The notes beneath the pieces are model-generated. The model made no database searches. It was not told the origin of the DNA and was given only the letters and a program-made list of their open reading frames with translations. Positions 36,001-44,640 of a DNA stretch of 46,644 nt are shown in pieces (positions within the stretch are counted from its first letter, which is position 1; every line of letters starts with the position of its first letter). The stretch is from Chiloscyllium plagiosum. Lineage: Eukaryota. Made by a program: the position numbers and the translations under genes. The DNA lies in contig NC_057719.1 in NCBI RefSeq assembly GCF_004010195.1, positions 38,302,097-38,348,740 of the forward strand, given 5' to 3'.

Positions 36001-37994
36001 AATTATCTATTCGAAATGATTCTCTGTTGTTCTCCAAATATTTTTCATGTTTATCCTTGACCCTATGTGTTGCCTGTTTCTCTTGTGCCAGTAGGTTCTT
36101 TTTTATAATGAGGGACTTTCTCTTATTTATAAAATAATGTATTGGTTTCACACCATGCTACCAGACACTTTCACCTTCCCATTTCACTTTACACGTTGGA
36201 AATGTACCAGTGTATGTTATTTTGCCTCCTATCATTGAGTTTGGATCTAATTCTTGATGCTGCAGATCCTAGGTTCAGAGGGATGCTGATTCTCCCTGTC
36301 GTTGCTTCAAAAACAAATCCTTTACATTGTGTCAAATACCACACTTAATTTGCTGTTTTTGATTTTCTTTTTGCAGAAAATGTTAGCTAGTCAGACAGAT
36401 AAGTTGATGAATATTGATCAAGCATCACAACAGACTTATCAGAAGCAGGAGGAGTCTGTGAGAGAGGTGAAAACTTTGGAAGAATCTGTAGACAAGCTCC
36501 AAATCCAACTCCGACAGCTGGAACTAGCGGGCAGAGCTGGTGGGATGGCCACAGGAGCAGCAAACCTGAGTGAGTACAGTACCAATACCCCATTTCCCAT
36601 ATCTAATGTCAGCTGCAATTTAGGAACAATCCGACTGAGCCCATAATTAATGTTGAGTTCACAGCCTAAGGGATCACTGACAATGTGGCAGTCCTTAGGG
36701 TAGTTCAGTAAGTTCACTAAGTTCAGTAAAAATAATTTATTTACAGGCGGGATCTGGCAATAGCATTGGTTGTGTTGCAGTACTTTTTTTTAAAAAGAAA
36801 AATGCTTTTATTGAACTGCTGTCTCCCTAATCTGGAGTGAGCTGTTATAGAATCATACAGCATAGAAACAGACCAGTCGGTCCAACTTGTCCATGCCAAC
36901 CAGATATCCTTAACTAATCTAAGCCCATTTGCCAGCATTTGGCCCATATTCCTCTAAACTTTTCCCATTCACATACCCATCAAGATTGCTTTTAAATGTT
37001 GTAATTGTACTAGTCTCCACCACTTCCTCTGGCAGCTCATTCCATGCACATAGCACCCTCTGCATGAAAATGTTGTCCCTCAAGACCTTTTCAAATCTTT
37101 CCCCTCTCATCTTAAACCAATGCCCACAAGTTTTGGACTTTCCCACCCTTGGGAGAAAAGAACTTGGCTATTCCCCTCATGATTTTGTAAACCTCGGTAA
37201 GGTCATCCCTCAGCCTCTGACGTTCCAGGGAAAATAGCCCAGCCTATTCAACCTCTCCCTATAACCCAACCCTGGCAACATCCTTGTAAATCTTTTCTGA
37301 ACCCTTTCAAGTTTAACAACTCTTAACTTGTTTCCAATCACAACCCTTATCAGATTATTCTGCTCAAAATTGCTTGGTTCAAATAAAAGCTTTCTATGTT
37401 TAAAATGTTTTCTCCCTTGCAGGTGCATTGGATAACCAAGTAAAAAGACATGGCAGCCTTCTCAGTGTACATGATGTGCGCTTAGCAGATATGGACCTAC
37501 GCTTTCAAGTGCTCGAAACGGCAAGCTACAATGGAAAATTAATTTGGAAAATCCGAGATTATGCACGCCGAAAACAGGAAGCTGTTAGTGGAAAAACATT
37601 GTCCTTGTATAGCCAGCCATTTTACACTGGATATTTTGGCTACAAGATGTGTGCTCGGGTTTACCTCAATGGAGATGGCATGGGCAAAGGAACTCACTTG
37701 TCGCTGTTTTTTGTCGTTATGCGGGGAGAATATGATGCACTGTTACCGTGGCCCTTTAAACAGAAAGTAACTTTGATGTTATTAGATCAAGCACCGACAA
37801 AAAGCCATTTAGGTGATGCCTTTAAGCCAGATCCCAACAGTAGTAGTTTTAAGAAACCAGTGGGAGAGATGAATATTGCTTCAGGCTGCCCACTCTTTGT
37901 TGCACAGACTGTTTTGGAAAGTGGGACATATATTAAAGATGACACTATCTTCATAAAAGTAGTTGTTGATACCTCAGATTTGCCAGATCCATGA
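11844..37994 (+). CDS. TRAF3: TNF receptor-associated factor 3, whole spliced CDS: join(11844..12097,13081..13132,13233..13337,14420..14584,17394..17471,18352..18426,18800..18892,34886..35026,36377..36569,37423..37994); 1728 nt, 575 aa
   Basis: Ten exons with AG/GT boundaries and matching phases join into one open frame from a GCCATGG start to TGA. Domain order is RING, TRAF zinc fingers, coiled coil, MATH. The segment YSQPFYTGYFGYKMCARVYLNGDGMGKGTHLSLFFV and the end DTSDLPDP* are TRAF3-type, not TRAF5/TRAF2-type. Confidence 0.96.
12580..12875 (+). mobile_element. CR1-like LINE 3' fragment
   Basis: TTCTCTCAAAGGGTTGTGAATCT...GATCATATTAAATGGTGGAGCAGGCTGGAAGGGCTGA. Confidence 0.75.
13081..13132 (+). 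CDS. TRAF3: TRAF3 coding exon 2 (52 nt), end of RING: (G)SPKPVCPVDNVPLFENT
   Basis: atttctag|G acceptor, ACG|gtaggc donor; restores phase 0; absent from the ORF track. Confidence 0.93.
13233..13337 (+). CDS. TRAF3: TRAF3 coding exon 3 (105 nt): IFKDICCKKEVLALHVFCRNEINGCKKQLPLGNLE
   Basis: ttttcaaag|ATT acceptor, GAG|gtaaat donor; TRAF FKD-CC-E-L motif; preceding intron is only 100 bp. Confidence 0.95.
13600..14330 (-). mobile_element. 3' fragment(s) of the second LINE lineage
   Basis: GGGATGTGGGCACCGCTGGTTGGGCCAGCATTTATTG is the reverse complement of the 26380-26420 terminus. Confidence 0.7.
14420..14584 (+). CDS. TRAF3: TRAF3 coding exon 4 (165 nt), zinc fingers GHLLECPHQEVRC...IAELK
   Basis: ctctttaag|GGT acceptor, AAA|gtaaga donor; Cys/His spacing of TRAF zinc fingers. 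Confidence 0.95.
14780..15960 (+). mobile_element. CR1-like LINE remnant (ORF1 end / endonuclease start joined to a 3' end)
   Basis: GITE.WLQGNQGWELNIQG; YRPP; VVMGDFN endonuclease motifs; CR1-type 3' end at ~15820-15960. Confidence 0.8.
17394..17471 (+). CDS. TRAF3: TRAF3 coding exon 5 (78 nt): KHEEFDCLSFPVPCPNKCNARILRGE
   Basis: ccttttcgtag|AAA acceptor, GAG|gtaagt donor; zinc-finger motif. Confidence 0.93.
18352..18426 (+). CDS. TRAF3: TRAF3 coding exon 6 (75 nt): LNSHQLQCLNVVMTCPFSKYGCNFQ
   Basis: ctacttgcag|TTA acceptor, CAA|gttagt donor; C-x-F-x-x-YGC motif. Confidence 0.93.
18800..18892 (+). CDS. TRAF3: TRAF3 coding exon 7 (93 nt): GTNQQLKMHEADSMAQHLNSVLMKNGDLETT
   Basis: ctgttttag|GGA acceptor, ACG|gtaatc donor; GTNQQ..HEA....QH is typical of TRAF3. 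Confidence 0.94.
19665..20315 (+). mobile_element. CR1-like LINE 3' fragment
   Basis: GTGAGACCACACCTGGAGTATTGTG; LQRMFT.LI; ERLDQLG.YLLEFRRLR; 3' end GAATGGCCTACTCCTG. Confidence 0.85.
21342..23700 (-). mobile_element. CR1-clade LINE ORF2 remnant (endonuclease end + RT + 3' tail), with internal deletions
   Basis: GFLTQYIDRPTRGGAILDLVL...SDH; DWRLANVVPLF; LTNFIEF; YMDFSKAFDKVPH; FFTQRVVGVWN; (AACATAG)n tail at ~21342. Confidence 0.93.
24100..26420 (+). mobile_element. Second LINE lineage (CR1/L2 superfamily) ORF2 remnant, heavily decayed
   Basis: CCCAGTTTGGGTTCC (QFGF), GCCCTTGACATCAAGGCTGCATTC (ALDIKAAF), IRSVMEYS; same family on the minus strand at 13682-14035 and 41510-42410. Confidence 0.8.
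26452..26679. promoter_or_regulatory. Candidate interferon/immune-responsive intronic enhancer (ISRE + GAS + kB-like + PU.1)
   Basis: ACTTTCAGTTTCACTTTCC (26452-26470) overlapping TTCCTGGAA (26467-26475); GGAAATCCC (26647-26655); CACTTCCTCTTT (26668-26679). Confidence 0.5.
27097..27116 (-). promoter_or_regulatory. Candidate CTCF site
   Basis: The minus strand reads GGCCACTAGATGGTGTC, close to the CTCF core consensus. Confidence 0.5.
29864..29968 (-). mobile_element. Second PLE-like terminal-repeat family (related copies at ~26190-26350 and ~32665-32855)
   Basis: All three share AAAGTTAAAAATCACACAACACCAGGTTATAGTCCAACAGGTTTA..TGG..GCAC.TAGCTTTC, with varying divergence. Confidence 0.75.
29923..29951 (-). 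ncRNA. Minimal type-I hammerhead ribozyme motif of a second PLE-like family, core intact
   Basis: The minus strand reads CAC-CTGATGA-A-GGAGC-GTC-GCTCC-GAAA-GC-TA-GTG: 5-bp helix II, palindromic AGCT helix III, CAC/GTG helix I, CUA triplet. Confidence 0.72.
31361..31502. mobile_element. Inverted PLE-derived element with a 17-bp target-site duplication
   Basis: GACCCTAAATGCAGTGG at 31344-31360 and 31503-31519; degenerate hammerhead at 31414-31441. Confidence 0.88.
32133..32653 (+). mobile_element. tRNA-derived SINE (HE1 / V-SINE-like) split by a PLE-derived insert; (AATCT)n tail
   Basis: GGTGGCTCAGTGGTTAGCACTGCTGCCTC, B-box GGTTCAATCC, V-domain, 3' GGGCCGAAGGCCTGTTTCCACACTGTAG. Confidence 0.88.
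32197..32434. mobile_element. Inverted PLE-derived element (~95-bp arms) with a 14-bp TSD, nested in a SINE
   Basis: ACCTAGGTTCAATC at 32183-32196 and 32435-32448; arms ~32232-32327 and ~32340-32434 are reverse complements. Confidence 0.9.
32945..33310 (-). mobile_element. Old SINE-like repeat (possibly DeuSINE/SacSINE-type); related copy at ~2130-2880, split by the HE1-like SINE
   Basis: Shared AAAGA.TT.CA.TTATA...CAATTAAGTACTTTT...GTAAT.TAGG motifs; family name is from memory and unverified. Confidence 0.45.
34886..35026 (+). CDS. TRAF3: TRAF3 coding exon 8 (141 nt), coiled coil IFELQNKLQE...RLGYMQ
   Basis: tctcattgcag|ATT acceptor, CAG|gtaaga donor; heptad-like sequence; follows a ~16 kb intron (18893-34885). 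Confidence 0.92.
36377..36569 (+). CDS. TRAF3: TRAF3 coding exon 9 (193 nt), coiled coil KMLASQTDKL...GAANL
   Basis: ttctttttgcag|AAA acceptor; CTGA|gtgagt donor, phase 1, compatible with the last exon. Confidence 0.9.
36846..37320 (-). mobile_element. CR1/HER1-like LINE 3' fragment in the last TRAF3 intron
   Basis: LERVQKRFTRMLPGL..YRERLNRLG; WNELPEEVVE. Confidence 0.88.
37423..37994 (+). CDS. TRAF3: TRAF3 last coding exon (572 nt): end of TRAF-N and the TRAF-C/MATH domain, stop TGA
   Basis: tctcccttgcag|GT acceptor; LETASYNGKLIWKI...PWPFKQKVTLMLLDQ...DTSDLPDP*. Confidence 0.98.
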
Positions 37995-40820
37995 CCCATG
38001 AATGTGTCAAACAGGAGGAAAATTACAGTTACACAGGGGGTCTGCCTCAGTGAAGTCCAACATGTTGATTTTCAACAGAAGGGCATTCCTCCCCAGATGT
38101 CTCGAGCTTGAGTGCTTCACTTGACCATCTGAAGCTCAAGAACTTTGCCTCTCACACCAAAAGAGGATATACTGGAATGACACCAATAACTATATAATGT
38201 CAGCATTTGGTGGTAATTGTTCATTCTGTGGGGTACTTCAGCAATAGTATTCTGAAGCGATGACCGACAGCATTGACTGTCCAGCTGAATCGAGAGTTGC
38301 TGCTGGAACCATGAAAAGCTCTGTAGCATGTTGTTTGTTAGCATTACAATCTGGGGGTTCTGTATGCTACAGCAGTGTGGCCAAATAATTGTCGATGTGA
38401 TTGTCTTTTTCTTTTGTTTAGCTTCAAGTTTAATAAGATTTAGATTCAGAAATGAGTTAAGATACAGGGAATCTCCAGCATTGCAACAATATGACTCCAG
38501 TTCATGGTCTGGAAAACTCCCCAGTTCCAATTAGTTGAACTGCTGTGAGTTGGTGGGAGGAGTGACTGAGAAGAAACCTGTAAGATGAGAGAGAGTCAAA
38601 CTGGTTCCTCGAGTTTTGTGTAGTCCTTCCTGATTTAAGGAGAGGTTATTTTTAAAAAAAAAGTTTTAATTGAATGGAAAATGGAAAAATGTTTAGATCA
38701 GCTATTGGGGTATCAATACACGTAGTTCCTTTACATATTTGTCCTGAACAAATAAATCCTAGAAGTAACCATCTGATCAGTTACTCAATTTGAGAATTCC
38801 TGCATTACTAACAGGGTGTACGGTGAAACACAGTGACATAAATTATTATGTAATTTGGCTTCAACAAAGAAGTAATGAGTCATATTTGGCCTGCCCATTA
38901 AGTCAGTTAATTAGTCTGTTATCATTGTATTCTTAATTGTCCTAGCTACATTTGAGGAAGGAGTTCTACATTGTTTGAGTTTAATTGATTCAAAATGTGT
39001 AACTGAAGATGTATTTCCTTCATTCATTTTTGGCTTGCTTCAGTTTCATTCAGACAATGCCACAATTCTACTGTCAAGTCAATTCCCTGATGACTAGATT
39101 GGTAAATGCACTCCATCATTTGGCATTAAGCCTATAAATTGGCAAGGTTCCTGATCGATCCCTGGTGTGTACTGAATTATCTGATCAGCAGTGCAGAACG
39201 GTTGATTGCAATGTTGTAGCCTGAAATGGTAAGAAATCGGTTGCATCAAAGCTCATTGATCCAGTTTTCTGCTGGAAAATGTAAATATCAGTGCACTTGG
39301 GTATGAAGGCTTTTGTGATGAATTTGCTGAGTCTCATAAAAAAAAAAGAACCATTGAATGAGAACTGATAACACAAGTGGAACTACCTCAAGTGAGGGGA
39401 TATTTATTTTAAAAATCAATTATTGTCTTTAGTAAGTGATTTAGCACACATTGAGCATCAATGGGAAATGGCCAATAACATTGGATATGTCCGAAACAAA
39501 ACCCTCAAAAAAAAAACTGTTGGTGCTGGAAATCAGAAACTTAAATGGAAATTGTTGGGAAAACTCAACAAGACTGGCAGCATCCCTGGAAAGAAAGCAG
39601 AGTTAACGTGTTGGTTCCAGTGGTGCCCCTTCAGAATGGATATGTCCTATTCTCTGTGTTACAGTGAAAACTCAGCAAGTATTTAAAGAGAACAAGAAGA
39701 TAATGCAAAATGTTTCATTGTAAATGGAATTTGCAATATTAACTGTTGTAACTTTGTCAGATTATACTGTCAGTGTAAAGACAGTTACAAAAGTGAGCAT
39801 CGACGATTTCAATATTGCAATACCTTTTGATCTGAGGTTTGACCATGAGGTTTGCAGGAACCATTCCAAGGCAAGAAGTAATGTTGGGACTTACTCTTAC
39901 TTGTTGTGGTGTTCCTTTCACTCTTGCTTTACGTAAGCATCCAAAATTAGTTTTTGTTTGACCCACCAAATTACTGTAGTGTTTACTGCAAATCCACCAG
40001 AGCTATGACATAATGACTAGTGTACAGTAAGGTTTTGATTACAACACTGTACTAAATCAATCCATGATGTTCTGACCCTGATTAAGAATGGGTCGTTGGG
40101 GATTTTTTTTCAATGGCTCTCTGTTGTAACGCATTGTATATGGTGAAAAGGCTGTCACCTGTACTCTGGTGTTTATTTACTTTTGTTTCCAGGATGAGTC
40201 TCCATTAACTGTCCCTCCATATTCTCACTCTTAAATCTGTCTCCCTCATCCAGGTGGCAAAAACACATACTCATGTTTACAAACTGTTCTCAGGACAAAC
40301 GAACTAGATTTTGTGCTAGATTTGTAGGGAGCTCAGATTTAATGTGGAAATGTATGGAGTTAGGAATTGAAGCTGGAATCCTGAAACCCAGACAAAAGAA
40401 TGGCATGTGTGCAAGGACCTTGTCAAGAATGAGCTGATGAAACTGTGAACGCTTCTGTCACGGCCATGTACCCCTGGATACTGTGTTCAGCTCTGCAAAT
40501 CTAGAAACCACAAACATTTCATAATTTTGAATAAATTATTCATATTTTTCAGGTTATTGCAGTGTTTACCTTAATTAATTTAACATCATTTTTAATTTTA
40601 CTGAAAATTATATTATTTAATGAAAATTTGTTGTCTGGCTTTTTATTATTATTCATATTAGTCGGAACCGTGGTGTTACAGAGAAAGAAGATTTTATGAA
40701 AATATCTTGTGAAATCTTCATTTCTTAGACACCCTTTTGGTTGTGAAACAATAACTTTGAGAACAAAATTTTATCCTTCCTGGAGAAATGCCATTTCAAT
40801 AAATACAGAGATATCTCTGC
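37995..40820 (+). other. TRAF3: Probable TRAF3 3' UTR with candidate polyA signals AATAAA at 38751, 40530 and 40798
   Basis: Follows the stop codon; repeat-poor and AT-rich until repeats resume near 40870. The true end cannot be fixed from sequence alone. Confidence 0.5.
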
Positions 40821-42114
40821 TCCACTCCTCCACATATCATACTTATTCATGTACTCTGAGCAGCAGAAGAACAAAAGCTACCTGCATTTTGATACTTTTT
40901 ACACAATACAACATCCCAAGCTGCTTTACAAGGGTACTTCCAGATTAAACTTGACACTAGGCCACATGAGTTGTTATGGTTGATGACCAATATAGCTTGG
41001 TCAATGAGCTAGGGTTTAAAATGCATGTTAAAGGATGATTGAAAGGTTTAGGAAGGGATTACCAGAGTTAAAGAGTTGAAGGCATGGCTGCCAGTTAAGG
41101 GACAAGTAAAACAAGGATGTACAAGTGGCCAGAATTGGGGAGGATAAAATACTTTGAGGTGTTGTGGGCTGCAAGACATTGCAGAGGTAGGGGAGTTGAA
41201 TCCAAGGGAGGAATTTGAAAACAGGATGTGAATTTTTAATTTGTGCTATTGTTTATGCAGGAACCAATGCATGTTTGCGATATATGAACTAGGATATAGG
41301 CAGCCAAGAGTGACAAATGGGAGATTAGTTGAGAGTGCATTTGTATAGCCAAGTTTAGAAATAACCATGCATAACCGACTCTACGAAAGTGGAAAAAGGA
41401 GGTCTTGGTGATGGCACAGATGTGTGGTAATTCAACTAAAGTCTAGCAACAGCACCAATATTGTGAACTATCTGGTTTAGCCCCATACAGTTGTCAGGAT
41501 GTTTTTTCCTAAGTTATTCATGGGATGTGGGCATCACTTGCTACAATAGTATTTATTGCCCATTGCTAATTGCCCTGGAGAAGGTGGTAGTGAGCTGTCG
41601 TCTAGAACTTGTTACAGTCCCTTATGTTGTATGGACATGCACAGTGTTGTTTGGAAGGGAGTTCCAGGACGTTGACCAAGCGACAGTGAACGAACGGTGA
41701 TATGTTTCCAAGTCAGGATGGTGTGTTGCTTGGGAGCAGCTTGTAAGGGGTGGTGTACCCATTTGCTTGTTGCCCTTGTCATTTGAGGTGAAAGAGGTCA
41801 CAAGCCTGAAAGCTGTTGTTGGAGGAGCCTTGGTGAATTACTGCAGTGCATCCTGAAGATGGTACACACCGATGCCACTGAGTGTCAGTAATGAAGGAAG
41901 CGAATATTGAAGGCTGCTTTGTCCAAGATGGTATTTAGCTTCTCGAGTATTGTTGGAGCTGCATCCATCCAGACAAATGGGGAGTATTTTATCACATTTC
42001 TGTTCTGTGCCTTGTAAATGGCGAGCAGGCTTTGAGGAGCCAGATGTTGAATTACCTGCCTTAAGATTCCTAGCCTCTGACCTGCTCTTTTGGCCATAGT
42101 ATTTATATGGCTGG

Positions 42115-42311
42115 GAGAAAGTGAGGACTGCAGATGCTGGAGACCAGAGGTGAGAAGTGTGGTGCTGGAAAAACACAGCAGGCCAGGCAGCATCCGAGGA
42201 CCAGGAGAATCGACGTTTCGGGCATAAGCCCTTCTTCAGGAATATTCTTGAAGAAGGGCTTATGCCCGAAACGTCGATTCTCCTGCTCCTCGGATGCTGC
42301 CTGGCCCATCC
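42115..42311. mobile_element. Inverted PLE-derived element with a 10-bp TSD, nested in a LINE
   Basis: ATATGGCTGG at 42105-42114 and 42312-42321; hairpin centred on GGAATATTC (~42243). Confidence 0.87.
42212..42239 (-). ncRNA. Minimal type-I hammerhead ribozyme motif, core intact
   Basis: The minus strand reads CTGAAGA-A-GGGC-TTAT-GCCC-GAAA-CG-TC: CUGANGA and GAAA boxes, 4-bp helix II, palindromic ACGT helix III, GUC cleavage triplet. Helix I is weak. Confidence 0.72.
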
Positions 42312-42413
42312 ATATGGCTGGTCCGGATGAATTTCTGGTCAGTGATGACTGCCAGGATATTGATTGTGGGCATTCAGAAATGGTAATGCTATTGAACATC
42401 AAGGGTGATGGTT

Positions 42414-43625
42414 GCACACGTATGGGCCCCAGCTATGCCTGTCTCTTTGTTGGCTACACAGAACAGTCGATCTTTCGTAATTACACCAGCACCACTCCCC
42501 ACCTCTTCCTCCGCTACATTGATGACTGCATTGGCGCCACCTCATGCTCCCGCGAGGAGGTTGAGCAATTCATCAACTTCACCAACACATTCCACCCTGA
42601 CCTTAAATTTACCTGGACCATCTCTGACACCTCCCTCCCCTTCCTGGACCTCTCCATCTCCATTAATGATGACCGACTTGACACAGACATTTTTTACAAA
42701 CCCACCGACTCCCACAGCTACCTGGATTACACCTCTTCCCACCCTACCTCTTGCAAAAATGCCATCCCGTATTCCCAATTCCTCCACCGCCGTATCTGCT
42801 CCCAGGAGGACCAGTTCTACCACAGAACACACCAGATGGCCTCCTTCTTTAGAGACCGCAATTTCCCTTCCAACGTGGTTAAAGATGCCCTCCAACGCAT
42901 CTCGTCCACATCCCGCACCTCTGCCCTCAGACCCCACCCCTCCAACCGTAACAAGGNNNNNNNNNNNNNNNNNNNNNNNNNNNNNNNNNNNNNNNNNNNN
43001 NNNNNNNNNNNNNNNNNNNNNNNNNNNNNNNNNNNNNNNNNNNNNNNNNNNNNNNNNNNNNNNNNNNNNNNNNNNNNNNNNNNNNNNNNNNNNNNNNNNN
43101 NNNNNNNNNNNNNNNNNNNNNNNNNNNNNNNNNNNNNNNNNNNNNNNNNNNNNNNNNNNNNNNNNNNNNNNNNNNNNNNNNNNNNNNNNNNNNNNNNNNN
43201 NNNNNNNNNNNNNNNNNNNNNNNNNNNNNNNNNNNNNNNNNNNNNNNNNNNNNNNNNNNNNNNNNNNNNNNNNNNNNNNNNNNNNNNNNNNNNNNNNNNN
43301 NNNNNNNNNNNNNNNNNNNNNNNNNNNNNNNNNNNNNNNNNNNNNNNNNNNNNNNNNNNNNNNNNNNNNNNNNNNNNNNNNNNNNNNNNNNNNNNNNNNN
43401 NNNNNNNNNNNNNNNNNNNNNNNNNNNNNNNNNNNNNNNNNNNNNNNNNNNNNNNNNNNNNNNNNNNNNNNNNNNNNNNNNNNNCCCACCCTCCTCTAGC
43501 TTATCTCTCCATGCTTCAGACTCACTGCCTTTATTCCTGATGAAGGGCTTTTGCCCGAAACATCGATTTTGTTGCTCAGATGCTGCCTGAACTGCTGTGC
43601 TCTTCCAGCACCACTAATCCAAAAT
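42414..43625 (+). mobile_element. 5'-truncated Penelope-like element (PLE): RT core/thumb, assembly gap, then terminal repeat with hammerhead core
   Basis: MGPSYACLFVG...FLRYIDD...LPFLDL...DIFYKPTDSHSYLDYTSSHP...KNAIPYSQF..RRICS are PLE RT motifs. After the gap comes CTGATGAAGGGCTTTTGCCCGAAACATC (43537-43564). Continuity across the Ns is assumed. Confidence 0.88.
42957..43484. other. Assembly gap (528 N)
   Basis: Run of N. Confidence 1.
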
Positions 43626-43806
43626 ATGTCATATCCTGTAGATGGTGGAAATCCAAAGCCTTTAGCAAAGGTAAGGATGGCAAAAAAATACAGCGGCCAT
43701 TACTAATGTTTTCCTTAGATTTAGTTCCAATTTTATGTGGTGACAACCGAAGAAAGACCAGCAAAAGTGTAAGTGTCACATTAGATTTCAATTTGACATA
43801 GGGTAC

Positions 43807-44467
43807 TGTTATGACACGGGGGTGAGCATCAATTTATTTTTTAACTGTAAAAGTGAACTTTAAATAACTATGCAGAATTCTAAGCCCTCTTTTCTTTTAA
43901 CTGCTTATTATCTGCCTCCAACTGTATAACAATATGCTGTTCCAATAGGACACTTGTTAAAATTACATCAACTTAATTTCAAAACCACACAGCTGCTGTC
44001 ATTGTTGGTGTCTTTCTTCATCCGGTTGAAGATCTCCCTGGGTCGTTATCTTCCTTTTTATTGCGAATATGTTTCATCGGAAAAGGTACCTTCGATTGAG
44101 GTTGTCTCCAAATTTATTGGAGAGCAAGATGTTAGCTCTCCATGTGTTTCTGTCTCCACGGCAGTTACTGTTTTCAAAATGTCTGCCCTTTGTACACCCC
44201 TACATCGGATCATCTCGTTGGTTTGACAATAAATTCAAACTTGATTGGATTTTAGTATCCTGGGACATAATTTAAACTGGTTAAATTTGAATTGTTGTCA
44301 AAATAGTAACCCAAAACTCAGGTATCCATTTCACAGCCAAATGTTTTCAATTTTTCAGTACATTCTAGGGCTGCCATCTAGTCATATACACAGGTGCTTG
44401 TAAACTTTCAGTTCAGAACAACATTCACTCTCTCAAAGGTACCGTACATGCCTTTAACTTCATAACA
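43807..44467 (-). repeat. 3' LTR (661 bp) of a Gypsy retrotransposon
   Basis: Termini TGTTATG (43807) and CATAACA (44467) form a 7-bp inverted repeat with TG...CA ends; a polypurine tract AAGGGAGGAGG (minus strand, 44478-44468) abuts the LTR. Confidence 0.8.
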
Positions 44468-44640
44468 CCTCCTCCCTTAAGAAAAAAATGAACCATCATA
44501 ATGAAAATATGGCTTTTTTTTCTAATTCTTAATCCCAGTATGATGAAATACGTAGGTTATTAATCTAGGTTATATTTTTCATTATTAATTTCAGCACACA
44601 TAACATTGGAATTTGTCAAATCTTATCTACACTTTTTCCT

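Larger units (their letters stand above)
41510..42410 (-). mobile_element. 3' fragment of the second LINE lineage, interrupted by PLE-derived inserts
   Basis: AGQRLGILR...LLAIYKAQ.R.VIKYSPFVWMDAAPT.L.KL.TI.DKAA. Confidence 0.8.

Noticed and set aside
37423..37994. Assignment as TRAF5 or TRAF2
   Set aside because: MATH residues and the DLPDP end are TRAF3-type, and GTNQQ in exon 7 agrees, despite the TRAF5-like CPVD.
42134..43540. 468-aa ORF and overlapping 364/315-aa ORFs
   Set aside because: Chimeric reading through a hairpin insert, an antisense LINE piece, the PLE RT and 528 Ns; only ~42414-42956 is real coding sequence.
6951..43625. CRISPR-like or terminator reading of the GGGC-TTTT-GCCC hairpin repeats
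   Set aside because: Eukaryotic context; copies are dispersed with TSDs, not regularly spaced, and there are no cas genes.
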